Both the position numbers and the translations under genes were made by a program. A stretch of 60,699 nt of DNA, the filler included, from Hausera hauseri (taxonomy: Eukaryota), in assembly GCA_046269625.1 (NCBI GenBank). It is 10 parts of 10 records of this genome, joined end to end, with 100 filler letters (N's around TTAATTAATTAA, not from the genome) between each part and the next. Parts side by side here need not be neighbours in the genome. Positions count along the whole stretch, not along the records: positions 16,242 to 26,294 come from JBJURY010246626.1; positions 26,395 to 31,010 come from JBJURY010502686.1; positions 31,111 to 38,272 come from JBJURY010034002.1; 7 more parts are not named here. One strand, given 5' to 3'. Under the pieces are notes generated by a model. It worked only from the letters and a program-made list of their open reading frames with translations. It did not search any database and had not been told where the DNA came from. Of this stretch, positions 24,040 to 37,000 are shown one piece after another (positions within the stretch are counted from its first letter, which is position 1; each line of letters begins with the position of its first letter).

Positions 24040-24963
24040 ACCTGCTGATCAGTGCGAATAATGTAACATTCGTACAAACTTTGACGGGTTTAAACAATCG
24101 AAGACGATGGATTTCGATTTCAAACTTGCTACATCTGTTGCAAAATACGAGACCACATTTTTGACAATGATTTCGTCGTTCTGTAAACGAGAACTTAGCT
24201 TTGCAACAGGCTCACGCTTCCGCTTTTTTATCTAGTATCCAATGGTTTGCAATAGATCAATTAGGTTCGTTTGGGACTGACCAAATAAACATCATTCATC
24301 TATTATCACCGACGTAGATACTTCGATGGTCTTTAGAAATCGCAATTGCACTAACTGGCGATGGATTGGCGTTGTCATAACGTTCATATGCCGTGTGCAT
24401 GGTTAACGTACTGTGGAATATTAACTGCCGCTGCCATTGGAATCCTTTTCGTAATTTCTGTAGGTCCTTGGTTAAATAACCTTGTGACAGAGGTTTCAAT
24501 AAAGAGGCTGCTGACCTCGAACTCATAGATTTTCTCATTTTATAGCACCGGATAACTGGGCTGATTCTATGTCATTATGCTCAATAACAACAACATTATC
24601 TGAATTATCAATGGTTTTGTCATATGTATCAAAAGAGTAACCAGATTTCGACCTTGTAAGAGAAGCGGTTTACTCTTCCACAGATTTTGTAATAACGTCT
24701 TGTTCACAATCATCGTCTTCAATGTTAGAACTTCCACCGTAAGAAGAAACGGATTCATTCGGAACTGGAACAGAACTTATCCGGTTTGCATTCATTTCGA
24801 CGAAATTATGATTTGTTGAAGACTGAAGTGATTCAAAAACTTGAATGTATTTTAGACTCCACATTAGTATGACGCCATCGGTACCACCAGTTATAATGAC
24901 GTTACAGTAAAATGCCGATGGAAAAAATTTGGACATATCGAATGAACTGCTGACTTTTGTCAA
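24040..24963 (-). pseudogene. WDFY3: WDFY3/Alfy (blue cheese) C-terminal fragment: last WD40 repeats plus FYVE finger
   Basis: VIITGGTDGVILMWS; WQRQLIFHSTLTMHTAYERYDNANPSPVSAIAISKDHRSIYVGD; FYVE HWILD...FSFTERRNHCQKCGLVFCNRCSKFEIEI.RL....PVKVC. AT-rich 3'UTR-like sequence follows. Confidence 0.88.
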
Positions 24964-26144
24964 ATAAATCTTGTATTAATCCTTTAAAGTACACGTGGAC
25001 TGACTTGACTGTAGAGATGCTTGCTCGAAACTTGAACTGGTAAGATTTGATTTTATTGAGAGCCTAGATAGCTCGTTTATTAACTGCAGGTTTTCTTTGA
25101 TCAATATTGTTGAATTGGATCTTGGTAATTTGCTTTCACATGACTTCAATTTTCCTTCCTTGTACAGTTTGAATAATTGATTATGGTCATCGGGTTTTCA
25201 TTAACGTTATTTGGTGGTGAACGTCGTATTCTCTACGCACTTGATTCTTTTCTGAATCAACCTGCTTACAATGTACATGGATAATCTGCAACAACGTCTG
25301 TTATTAGTAAAAACAATGATTAAAATGAAATAGCTAGAGTTTTCCATATTAAAATTTTCCACTTGATTATTTCGGTGTTCGTATACAAATAAATGTGGTG
25401 CAATTTAACTTTGGTCACAGCAAACCTGATAAATCCATTTTTTTCATTTTCTAAGCGGAAAATCGGGGCCCGCCTATGCGCCCGTCGTGCCGGCGGTGGA
25501 AAACCCGGCCGTGCCCAACCGTATGGGCCGGATGGCAACAGTCGGCGCCGGCACCACATCCACCTTCGTAGTAAAATTTAATATAATCCAAAACGAAGTA
25601 ATTCCAAAATATGTTTCTGCTCAAAATTACAAAATGGAAGTGTTATTTACATAAAACGAAAGCAATTCAGTTATTTTATAATTAATTTTCCTATTTTTAA
25701 ACAATAGGAATTCCACTGATTAGTTTGTAATAATTTTTTATTTTACACAAGTAAAAGTGTCCTCTTCTAACCACTTCCCCCAAAGTTGACTTGAAAACCA
25801 GTTTTCCCCACCTATCTTGCAATTATGAGGATTTCATGTCTGGTGGTCGGAGATCCCCGTCCCAGGGAGAGAAGAAGGTCGGGAAATAGACTTCGGACCG
25901 AGATCAATCGGTAGAGCCGGACAAGGCGAACAAAAGTTAAATGCGCCGTGAAGCGGAAAAATGTAACCCGCCGGCACAGGAGTCAGAAGAAGAAAAACGG
26001 GCAATGTGCAACCGTCAACGCAACGCATGCTGCTGGTATACCGAAATTTTGTACAGAGGTAAAATTGATGTTGGCAAGTCGAATGGACACGGTTTCGTTA
26101 ACGTCCAACCAAGGGAACATGGGGAAAACAAGTTTGGAAAATTT

Positions 26145-26246
26145 CCGTCGGGTAAAATTTCCCCATGTTCAAGTCTGCCGGTGATGGAAATAAGTCTCAT
26201 ACATTACACATAAGTTGGGGAAAATTTCATACCATAACCGCCTCAC
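26145..26246. repeat. Dispersed repeat; reverse-complement copy at 29913-30014 truncates the pPolB there
   Basis: CCGTCGGGTAAAATTTCCCCATGTTCAAGTCTG...AACCGCCTCAC matches the reverse complement of 29913-30014. Confidence 0.8.
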
Positions 26247-26973
26247 GATCAGGCGACTTTAAGTCGGTGTGTGAAAAACGTCGCTGAAAATCATNNNNNN
26301 NNNNNNNNNNNNNNNNNNNNNNNNNNNNNNNNNNNNNNTTAATTAATTAANNNNNNNNNNNNNNNNNNNNNNNNNNNNNNNNNNNNNNNNNNNNACACGT
26401 GCTGTATCCAATTATTACATCATATATTCGAAAACTCGAAAACAAGTCGAACTTTCGAATAATTGATTTCCTATTCGATTAGAAGCAAAAATCGAAAAAT
26501 CTAGAAGCGTAGAGGGATAGAAACCCGAATATATGGAGAATTCGAATATGACGTCAGATATTCGAAAAGAGGCTTAAATAAAAAAACGATTTTTCGATCG
26601 AATTCGAATATTCGAATAGTACCATCGGCCTCTCCAAGTCCGAAAACCTTTGCAGACCACAAATTGGGTGTGCAAAGTGTTTGGAACAGTCTCAAAATGA
26701 ATAAAATATTTAAAAATTCGATAATATTCGGTCAAGCATGCATTATTGGAACAATCTGATCACTCCATTCCATTCCCCATGTATAAAACATATTTGGCGC
26801 CCAAGTGCATTTAATTTATTTGATGCATTAAAACAAAGTGTTCTAGAATGTTCGAAAATACAAAATTTAAAAATCCATAAATGAGGCAGTATGTGTTGAT
26901 ATGGCTATATGTTTCATTATTTTCAAAATCATATTCAGGAATGATGAGATTTTTATTTGTAATCCTCAAATAA

Positions 26974-29905
26974 ATGGCTGACTTTAGATGTGCAATCTAT
27001 ACAAACAGTGCTTGGCTCAAATCCACGAGCCTGAAAATTGCCACAACGTTATGCAGAAAAACTTCAGCCATCTATACAACAGGGCTGAGTATTATATATG
27101 CCCTACATGTGAGGTGGTGTGCCAGACCAAAAATGAAGACTTTTACAATGCTCATAAACAACACCCGATTCCATTCACTAAGTCGAAAAACAAATATTCA
27201 ATGCCACTATGCCAATAATGACTTCCATGCCTAAGCAAAATCAAAGATTTAGTTCATACGTGTATTGCACATGTGCAATACACAACCCTCAGAACTGTCA
27301 TAATGCCATGAGGAGCTATTATAGATACAAATTCAACAGGATCTTCTATTATATATGCCCAAAAAGTGAGACTGTGTGCGGCACAGATTACATACAGTTC
27401 TATTATGATCACAAACATCATTTGAGTCACTTCGCATCAAAGTCAAAGAAGGCCATCTTTAATGAGCAACATAATTTTGATTCATTTGCTTTGCAGTATT
27501 ATGCTTCATAGTATTCTGCCTCGCATTATGCTGCTGAACCCGGTGCAGCAGCTGCGAAGCATATTAGAGAATTAAAACTCGCAGCCACATCATGCGCAGC
27601 AGCATCAGGCGCAGCAGCATCAGGTGCAGCCACATCAGGCACAGCCACATCAGAAGCACCGGCTCCATCAGAAAGCCAAAGACAACGGCCAGTTGATGCG
27701 GCAGCATTAAAGAGAAAATGCCGCAGATATGTTATTGAAGCAACTGGTCAAACAACCCTCCAAGATTTCCTCTTATATATAAAGGATAAGACAAAGGGGA
27801 TTCTTCAGGACAACATGGCTGAGCTCAAAGCCCTTAAGGTGAATATGAAACTGGAGGCCACAAAATCCAATAGGGCCTTCAAGATCAAAAATAGACCCAT
27901 ATTGGAAAACACAAATATAGCAGAATTGATGCAAGAGGCGCACGAGAAACTGATCCGTGAAGCCGGGGAGAGCCAGGATAAGAAGAGCGTATGGACTCTG
28001 TCAACCATGAAGAGATTGATTGTGTATGTTCACAAGTACTCTCCCATGCGGGACAGGTCATATCTTCAGCTCCCTGAATGGATGATTAATTTAAAAAGCA
28101 TGTGTCAATGTCCATAATAACGACAACATGTGTTTCATGTATGTCATTCTATCAAAACTCGTAACGGATCAAAATCATACTTCACGAGTTTGGCTTTATA
28201 AGGATGTGCGGCACAATTATGACTTCCAATGTATCAAGTTCCCTCCATCCATAGGTGAAGTCAAAAAATTTTGAAAAGTCAACAACATGTTTATCAATAT
28301 CTTGGGATTGGATGAGGAGGACAAATTCTAATTCCTGCTGATATGCGATACTGAATTGGAAGATCATAAGGATTTGCTCCTACTACACGATGGAGAAAGA
28401 AGCATAATGTTTGGATCAAAGACTCTGAGCAGCTAGTCAGATCACAATTTACAAAACATCATGGATAAATATAAATATGTAAATGATGCGTGTCTCAATT
28501 CAGCGACGATGTAACTGTATTGAAGCTTGCACAGCACAAGATGTATTGCAAAAATAATTATTGTATCAGGCCATAATTTCCCAAAGAGGACTACATTGAA
28601 TTTAAGTAGTTCTAGAAGAAGATCATAATCCCAATAGTTATCTATTGCGACTTTAAGACTATTTTGCACCCAGTATAGAGTTGCAACCCAAATCCCCAAC
28701 ATAGCATCACAACGGTATACCAATTTCATGAGCTCTTATCATATTGCATGTATGCCAAAGGACTGGACAATGAACCATATCTATTCATGGATCCAGGCGC
28801 AACAGCTCATTTTATGCAACGACTTGAGGATATGGCTCATAGGATTTCAGATATGCTGCAGTAGCATAAGGATAAAATGAGCATGTCGAAGCAGCAACAA
28901 GAAGAATGGCGCAAGGCAACAGCATGTTACTTGTGCTCCAAATCATTCATTAAGTAGAATTGTAAAGTCAGGTATTATTGCCGTTTTACAGGCACACATC
29001 GAGGTGCGACATGCAACAACCACAATCTGCTTCGCAAAACATGTACATATGTGCATATAGTGTTCTATAATCGTAGTGGCTATGATTCCAATTTCATGGT
29101 TTGCGAACTGGGCAGCATTGAAGGAAGCATTGACGTGAGAAGTACATAACATTTACAATGCATGTAGAGAAAATCATGCTTCGCTTCGTAGACAGTTTCC
29201 GTTTCATGTCGCCTTCATTTGACAGTTTAGTGAAGAACCACCCATCAGAAAAACTCAATGAGACGAAGCGGTTCTTCCCTGCGACATTTGACCTAGTCAA
29301 GAGGAAAACGTGTTTCCATATAACAATATAACATCATGGGAAACACTGAAAGAGACCACATTGTCAGCCAAGGAGGACTTTTACAATATCCTTTCTGATT
29401 GAGATATCAGTGATATGGACTACCACAATGCTCAAAATGTCTGGCATGCATTTCCGTGCCGAACATTAGGGGAATACAGCGACATATACCTTAAGACGGA
29501 TGTGATGCTGCTGACGGATGTCTTTGAGAGTTTTAGGGATGTTACGATAAAGAGCCGTGCTTTGGATCCGGCTCATTTCTTTACGGCTCCAAGGATGAGT
29601 TGGGCAGCTATTCTGAGATATACCGGTATTAGGTTACAGATCATAAAGGATTGCGACATGATCCTCATGATCGAGAGAGGCATTAGAGGTGGAATATATC
29701 AGGACATTCATCGGTATAGCAAGTCCAACAACAAATATATGGCCTAGTATGATCTATCCGAGAAATCCTCATATATATCATACCTGGATGCCAACAATTT
29801 ATATGGATGGACAATGAGCGTCCTAATGCAATGTGATGACTTCAAGTGGATCGAGAATCCTGAAAACATCTCTATACTGGATCAGTTTTCACCCGGATCC
29901 ATTGG
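26974..29905 (+). pseudogene. polB: pPolB of a distinct subfamily with two N-terminal Cys/His repeats and an Ala/Ser linker; 3' truncated
   Basis: LKVNMKLEA..RAFKIKN; KYSPMR..SYLQLPEW; EndoVII-like C.FTGTHRGA; RFVDSFRFM; TLGEYSDIYLKTDVMLLTDVFESFR; IERGIRGG; YLDANNLYGW. Confidence 0.9.
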
Positions 29906-30013
29906 TCTGATAGTGAGGCGGTTACAATATTAAAATTTCCTCAAACTTATTTGCAATGTATGAGACCCGTTTCCATCACCTCAGACTTGAACATGGGAAA
30001 ATTTTACCCGACG

Positions 30014-30760
30014 GAGTAGGGTAAAAATTGAAATTCTGTCCCACCTCTCGGGGTGTGGGGTAATCGATAAATCAATTCTGCATGTGCCAATCGATAGTGT
30101 ACATAGTGCACTATCGATCGGTAATGTGCTAGGTGACGGTGCCATTAGGCACCGTTGCTATTCACATTTTTGTACATTTCACTTATCGATCGCTGCACAT
30201 TGCAAAATTGATTGAATCGATCGGCGAAAAGTGCTAATCGATAGTGCACATTAGTGCACATAGATTTGTGAATTGTGCAGGTGCGCAGCACATGTGCAAG
30301 TGGGCAAAAATCTATAATATCGGAAGCACATACGATGCACTGCATGAATGTGCTGTTAGAATTTAAATCGATCGATTAATTTCCGAATAATTGCCAACTG
30401 AGGGTTGACATATATAGGCCTTTCGGCTATAAAATGGAAATCAATAATATCAATATGGCACATGTACTGGCGGGTAGAGTACATGATGTACTATTGTTCA
30501 GTAAAATAATCGAGTCAATTGTCTTCTTGGATACGGTTGGTAAGGCACTTTTTCTCTTTTCACATATTTGTCACTGTACAGCGTAGGATGGATGGAATCG
30601 ATTGGGGTCAAGTGCAGTAGATAGAGCACATCGAGATGCATTTTGGTATGCACTATGCAGATGCACAGAACATGTGCAAGTATGCAAAAATCAATAATAG
30701 CGGTTTTATCAATCTGCATTTAGAATTTAAATTTACGGATTAGTTTTCGAATAATATCGG
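30014..30760 (+). mobile_element. Hairpin-rich 5'-GAGTAGGG repeat (same family as 16242 and 54053), with an internal second unit at about 30570-30760
   Basis: GAGTAGGGTAAAAA start, serial ATCGATAGTG..CACTATCGAT and ACGGTGCC..GGCACCGT stems. 30180-30390 resembles 30570-30755. Confidence 0.7.
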
Positions 30761-31110
30761 TCCAAAGTGCAACTGAAGCAGACTTCCATTAGGTTATATT
30801 TGCCCCTAGCACTCAAAATTCGATATTATAATTAATGAGGACAGATAGGAAATCGAATATGGCGATTTTGAATCTCAAGTCAGATGATCGAAATTCGAAT
30901 ATTTTCGAGCTCGAATGTCGAATATAAAACTTTTTAAAAAATCCTAATGCCGTCATTCGAATCCCCATATATAAAAACCTAATCGAATTTGGCGGCGCCA
31001 TGTATTTATTNNNNNNNNNNNNNNNNNNNNNNNNNNNNNNNNNNNNNNNNNNNNTTAATTAATTAANNNNNNNNNNNNNNNNNNNNNNNNNNNNNNNNNN
31101 NNNNNNNNNN

Positions 31111-32930
31111 ACTTTGTTGTAGGCGCTAAATGTCACTCTGCGTGCCTCACTTGATTGATTTGTGCTTGGCTGTTGAGCGACATTTTGTGACAGAAGTTCT
31201 GTGAGATTATCTGGTTCAATAGATGTAGGTAATGGAGGTGAGGAAAGTGGTGGAGATGATGACAGAGAGGAAAACAAGATGGATGGAGGAAATGATTATG
31301 ATTGAGTGTGACAGAAGAGTAATTGCTGCAACGGCGCAAAGTCATGGAGAAAGTTTGAAAATGGAATGGAAGGAGTAAGAGTTAAGTTTGAATCGGAGGT
31401 AGAGTTGGTATCCGGATTGTCATCAATGAAGAAAGCGGGTTTTAGATTCGAAATATGAACGTTGTAAGGTTTGTCTTGGCGTAAGATGGTAGGTGTATAA
31501 GATGAGAGATTCAGGAATTTGTATGGGCCAACATATTGAGGCCTAAAACCCGAAGGCGATTGATCCTTCAAACACAAAAACTTGGCCGAGTATAAATCTT
31601 TCGGAATGTACGATTTGTTATTGTTGAAGAGATGGCAGAACGAGTCTCAGCTGACCTCGTCAAAATGAGATTGTGCTGCACGAATATTTTCATCTGTGGG
31701 ATTGTCGTCGAGATCGGAAAGTTCAAATAAAGCCCGAATTGAAGTCCTAAAAAGTGCCTCGGCTGGAGCACAACCGGTGGTGGTGGAGGGTGTGTTGCAC
31801 CACCCTAGTAGAACAAATGGTAGAATGGACGTCCAATTACGATGATTGTCAGCCAAGATTTTTAAAGAAATTTTCATTGTTCGATGGAACCTTTCAAGGA
31901 GGCCATTCGCTTAAGGATGATATGGTGTTGTATAAAAATGCGATATATCCAAGCGTTTAATAAGTGATTTGAAGAGTTCCGATTCAAACTGTGGACCTTG
32001 ATCCGTTATTATGTAAAGCGGGGAACCAAAATGACTGATCCAGATTTTTATAAAGGCATCGGCTACTGAATCAGTGTTCGTTGAACGAAGAGGTACGGCT
32101 TCAGGCCAGCGAGAAGTAAGATCCATCATAGTAAGGATATATTGATATCCGTTGTCAGAATGTAAAGGGCCAATGAGATCAAGATGAACCGTATGAAAAC
32201 GTGATGTACAAGGGAAATGGTAAAGCGGCAGTTTAAGGTGTTTGTTGATTTTGTATTTTTGACCGGCTACGCATTCCTTAACCCAGCCCTGTACATCTTT
32301 GCGCATTGATGGCCAAACTACATGACGTTGAATCTTGCGAAAAGTTGCTTTCGAGCCCGGATGATGGAGTGAATGCGTATGAAGGAAGGCTGGCTTTTGT
32401 AAATGTGGAGTTAAAATGATCTTTTTATTATCGGAATTCGACGTATCAAAAGGAATACCATCAATGATTTCGAAGGATTTGAAAAAGCTAAGGAAGTCAT
32501 CAGACGGTTGATTGGCCTTTAATACTTCGGATGAGAAAATCGGCTCAATTGTAGTGGAGCCAACCTACCTCGATAGAAAATCTGCTACCAAATTGTCTGT
32601 ACCTGAAATGTATTGTAAAACAAAACTGAATGTAGACAGGTATGATATATGTCGTTCTTGCCTCGGTGACTGCTGTTTTAACGATATGATATGCAGGAAA
32701 GGCTTGTGATCAGTTTGAATAACGAATAGACGAGAGAGAAGTAGGTGTTTAAAATGTTTTACTGCCAGAACTGTGGCGAGTAACTCACGGTCAAATGTTG
32801 AGTAACGGATTTCGGGTTGTGTGAGTTTTCGGGAGTAGAATTCTAATGGTTTATCGACGCCGTTAGAAATCTGGTGTAGTACTGCACCGGTAGCTGTGGT
32901 AGAGGCATCGGTGGTAAGTATAAGACCAAA
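31111..32930 (-). mobile_element. Ty3/Gypsy pol remnant (RNase H + integrase), same clade as 11537-14650
   Basis: TTDASTTATGAVLHQI, FDRELLA, HHPGSKAT, HLDLIGPL, WPEAVPL, ITDQGPQFES, RPQYVGPY. Confidence 0.9.
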
Positions 32931-34076
32931 GTTTTAGTATCAATAAATTTACAACCGGATAGTCACTGAGAATGGACTTGCGAGAATTCCAAACGATCAT
33001 AAAGCGTAGTACATCGAAACCCGTGGAACTGCTGACGGGAAAAACAGAAGTTACAACGAAAATCATCAATTGGACGTATTTGGCAATTGTTGTTTATAAA
33101 TCCTGAAGATTACGAGCAGTTTTTGTTTCATAAAAATGATTTACATGAAAAGATACAGGAAACAACCAAGCCTGATAAAACGTTGTTGGAAACACTTAAT
33201 ATTATTTAATCATGTAAAACCTGAAGTCGAGGTTGCCTTTTCTCTGTTGAGATGCTCCTTGAAGGTACGTCAGAGGCTGGTGCGAGGAAAGACGCTGGCT
33301 TTGGTGTCCATAACGTGTCAGTGAGAGAAATCAGACGATGCAGCGTGAGCAGTGTTTCTAAGAATAATCCAGCGGGACAAGTAACAAACTTTGTCGTCCA
33401 GGTCATTCAATAGTCATTCCGGCTGTGTTCGTCCTGCGTATGCAGCTGTGCTTGGTTGCAAAAAGGCCCATGTTGCTCGTGGACTCTCGAATTTGGACAA
33501 GTAGGGTGGTGAGGCACTTAATGACTCGCTGCGGATATTCATATATGATTTCCTGATCTTGTTCTGACCACTTTGTCAAACTGTTTTGAGTGTATAATTG
33601 ACGCTATTAGAATTTCATGTATTTTGTTGTTTAATTCACCTTGAATTTGAGAGGATGACAATATTAATAGGATTCAGCAATTTTCGATCTCTATGTTGAT
33701 TGTGATATGAAAATCATGTTGAGTAATTTGCTTTATCAAAAAAAATTTACGTTTCAAAATTAAAAGTATTAGGGTGTCCCATAATTTTTCGAAATTATTT
33801 TAGATATTGTTTTCTATTTAATATATCGTCGTTGCATATAAAGTTTTTATGTGTTATATAACGTTTCCATCTACCGCAATAAAACTTTACAATACTCTTC
33901 AACAACAGTAAAGAAAACCTTACCATGTATGATAGTGATGACCGTAAATGTAAAAAAATAAAAGTGTACTTTAGAGATATTAAGTTTTCTGTTGAACCTT
34001 TTATATTAATTCATTATTAATATTGAACGGCTCAATGAATTAAATAAAAAGCGATCTAAAATTATCACCCGCTTAA

Positions 34077-37000
34077 CTCTCATGAGAACCTTACTAAAAA
34101 ATACGTTCCAGAACTTTGGGGTGTAAACATACAAATTATTGATTTATTATTTGACAAACCAAAAAAGTCTAAGCTTAAACATGTATTAAGTACTGTTTGT
34201 TTTAATGTTATTCATTTAATATCAATCAGTTATTTGCATTTGTTGCACAGTAGCCGAGTCAGCCTGTTGTCACCACAGACAGCATTGCTACAATTGTCGC
34301 AGAACTTTCTGACTTTTCTGTTTCTTTCGCGAGGGCAGACGTGGCATCTTACGTGATCAGGCATTGATTTTTCTTTCTTTTGAGCAGATCCTGTTTCAGT
34401 CACAATACCCAGAGTGGATATTGCAGCCTTTGTATGTTAACGGAGTGTCGTAGGATTTTCAGTGCGACGACTAATTTCCGGCTTCACCAAACTCCACGAC
34501 GAACTGTCGACGACGAAACCACTTTCATTCTTGACGCTAATCTGGAAATTTGGCTATCCACACATTAAAACTGGTCAGTGCTGCAACGTCAGTCATGTCC
34601 ATCGGTCACATGTTTATTTTACGCTTGCAAGAATACAGGCAAACCATATGGTCATAATTATCGGCACCACACTTTTTATCATTATAATGAATAATTATAT
34701 CTGGCTTATGTTTATGACCGTACATATGCCTGTCATGATGCATGGTATACAGTAGCATGACAGACTTTTCTTTTTAGAAACGTATGAAACCAGAGTTTTA
34801 TTCTCATGGAAAGCAAACATGGAGCTTTTCTTCACAATTACGTGCCAACATCGGTGGTGGAAAATCATGCTTGCTTTTCTCATGGTTTTAACGTATGTCA
34901 AACCCTGAGTCAGTAAGTGAGTTTTTCAGTAAGTGAAAAGCTTGTGAAGAGATTGTCACCAACTACATTACGACCACTGGCAGGTTTTCTTGGGATATAT
35001 TGACATAAATGGCATCTTTCACGGAAAGATAGGAGTTGTTTGTTTGCAGTTAGATCTGTGCTTGGAGTATAAAACTTTCTAAACCGTATTACAAACATTA
35101 TTCAGACATCACGAGTGGCAGTTAGTTTGTCAACTGCTCATCTTTTTAGCCGAATTGTTTTGTTATAAAAACGATAGAATTGAAGAAGCAACTTGAAGCG
35201 TTTTAGACTCGTTATTGTTAGAAAAATAGGTCGACCGCTCCTTTGCGACCACAGTTCGTGTAGTGACTCGTGACTATCGTGGTAATCACCGGCCAGTAAT
35301 AGCAGTCCTATGAAAGCCTTGAATTCCATCCAGTCTACTTCATTTCACTTTTTTGTGTTGTTTATACGAGCGTCATTCCATTCTTTATAGCATCGTTCTG
35401 TTTCCCGAGTAGTTTCTGTTATAATTATCGACTAAAGTTCGTCGGTCAGATATAGATGAAATACTTCGTTGATGTAGTCTTTTCGAGTTTCATTTGTTAC
35501 TCCTTGCTGGTGTCTGATAATATCTTGCACTTGTCGTCTGTTTACAGGTGGTGAATCAGTTGACCAAATTCGTCCCGTTCTATCTGTCAGTGTATTGAGG
35601 GAATTTTGATGGTCGTCGTCATCTTTTGGTGTTGTAATTCTGTCTCGTACTATGCGACATCTGTATTAATATCTCTTCCCCTTCTTCTTGATTGTTTGGC
35701 CGCTGGAGGAAGCATCTAATAAAATTTTAAAACAGTAGCAAATTGTACCAAAAATGTAATTCAATTACTATATGGATAGATATATTTCCTGATTTACTAA
35801 GTAGATGTTTCTACAAATGTGTAAACAAGCACGTTTTTGAAAAATACAACCTTTTTAGAAATCCACGGGAAATTTTAGGTGAATTTATTAAATCGATAGG
35901 GATATATGATTTTTAAAGTCAACAACTTGCGCCATTTTACAGAAATGGATAAAATTCAAATCCGTTCAGCAATCCATTATCTTTATTTGAAGGGATTGTC
36001 AGCCGCCGAAATTAAAAGGGACATGGTTGAAACATTGCATGAGTCTGCTCCATCATATCATATTGTTCGTTTCTGGTTGAACAATGTTTATGATGAAGAT
36101 ATAAGTGGACACCCAAAAGAAGTAGCTACGCCAGAAAGCATGAAAGATATCTATGGTGTTGTTCAAAAAGATCGCAAAATCAAGCTCAAAGAGATAGATA
36201 ATATTACAGACGTCATATATGACAGAATTTGGAATATATTACTTACATATTAGTATATGTAAAAGTTTGTTTCCCGGTGGGTGCTGCGCGTGCTCACAGT
36301 TGATCAAAAATGCGAACGAGTAAAAACTTTAAATGCCTGTTAAAATGTTCACTCACAACAAAAAAGATCTTTTGCGTCGATTAATAACAATTGATGAAAC
36401 GTAGATCCACCATTACCCATCTGAATCCCAAAAACGATTAGCACAATTGGTAGAACCAGGTGAATGTCAAGGGCGGCATCCAAATACATACAAGACTGCT
36501 GGAAAGGTTATGACCACAATATTCTGGGATTCCCATGGTATTTTGCATGTCGACTACCTCAAGAAAGGTAAAACGATAAATAGTGAGTATTAATGTTCAT
36601 TTCTAGAAAATCCGGATGCCGCGATCAAGATGAAACGACCAAAGTTGACGAAGAAATGCTCTTTTTGCAGGATATTGCACACAAGTTAATCAAAATATAA
36701 CTAAAATACATCAGCTACGCTTCGAATTACTTACACACCCCCGTATTCTTTAGATCTATATCCTAGCTATTATTTCTTTTTCCTAGCATTGAAAACATGG
36801 TTGCAGGGAAAGAGATTTTCCTCAAATAATGACGTCATCTACGAGACAAAGAGATATTTTGAGGAACTTGACAAAGCGAATTTTAAAAGGCTTAGAAATG
36901 CTAGAAAAACGCTGGATTAAGTGTAAAGAACTAAAAGAAGACTACGTAGATAAATAAATAAAGAAATTACCAAAAATATGTTTTAGTTAGTAAACGAGGA

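Larger units (their letters stand above)
20967..25531. mobile_element. Candidate Pack-type element: degenerate GC-rich inverted repeats (20967-21044 / 25453-25531) around host gene fragments
   Basis: The reverse complement of the left repeat (AAGTGGAAAATTCGGGCACCCCGC...GGCGGAGATCCTGACCGCCAACCTTGCGCCGG) aligns with the right repeat (AAGCGGAAAATCGGGGCCCGC...GGTGGAAAACCCGGCCGTGCCCAACCGTATGGGCCGG). No TSD found. Confidence 0.5.

Noticed and set aside
26794-26804. TGGCGCCCAA as a tRNA-Lys PBS
   Set aside because: The match stops at 10 nt, and no LTR or gag follows.
27530-27670. 15-bp GCAGCCACATCAGGC repeats as a separate minisatellite element
   Set aside because: They are best explained as a coding Ala/Ser/Gly linker between the Cys/His repeats and the pPolB body.
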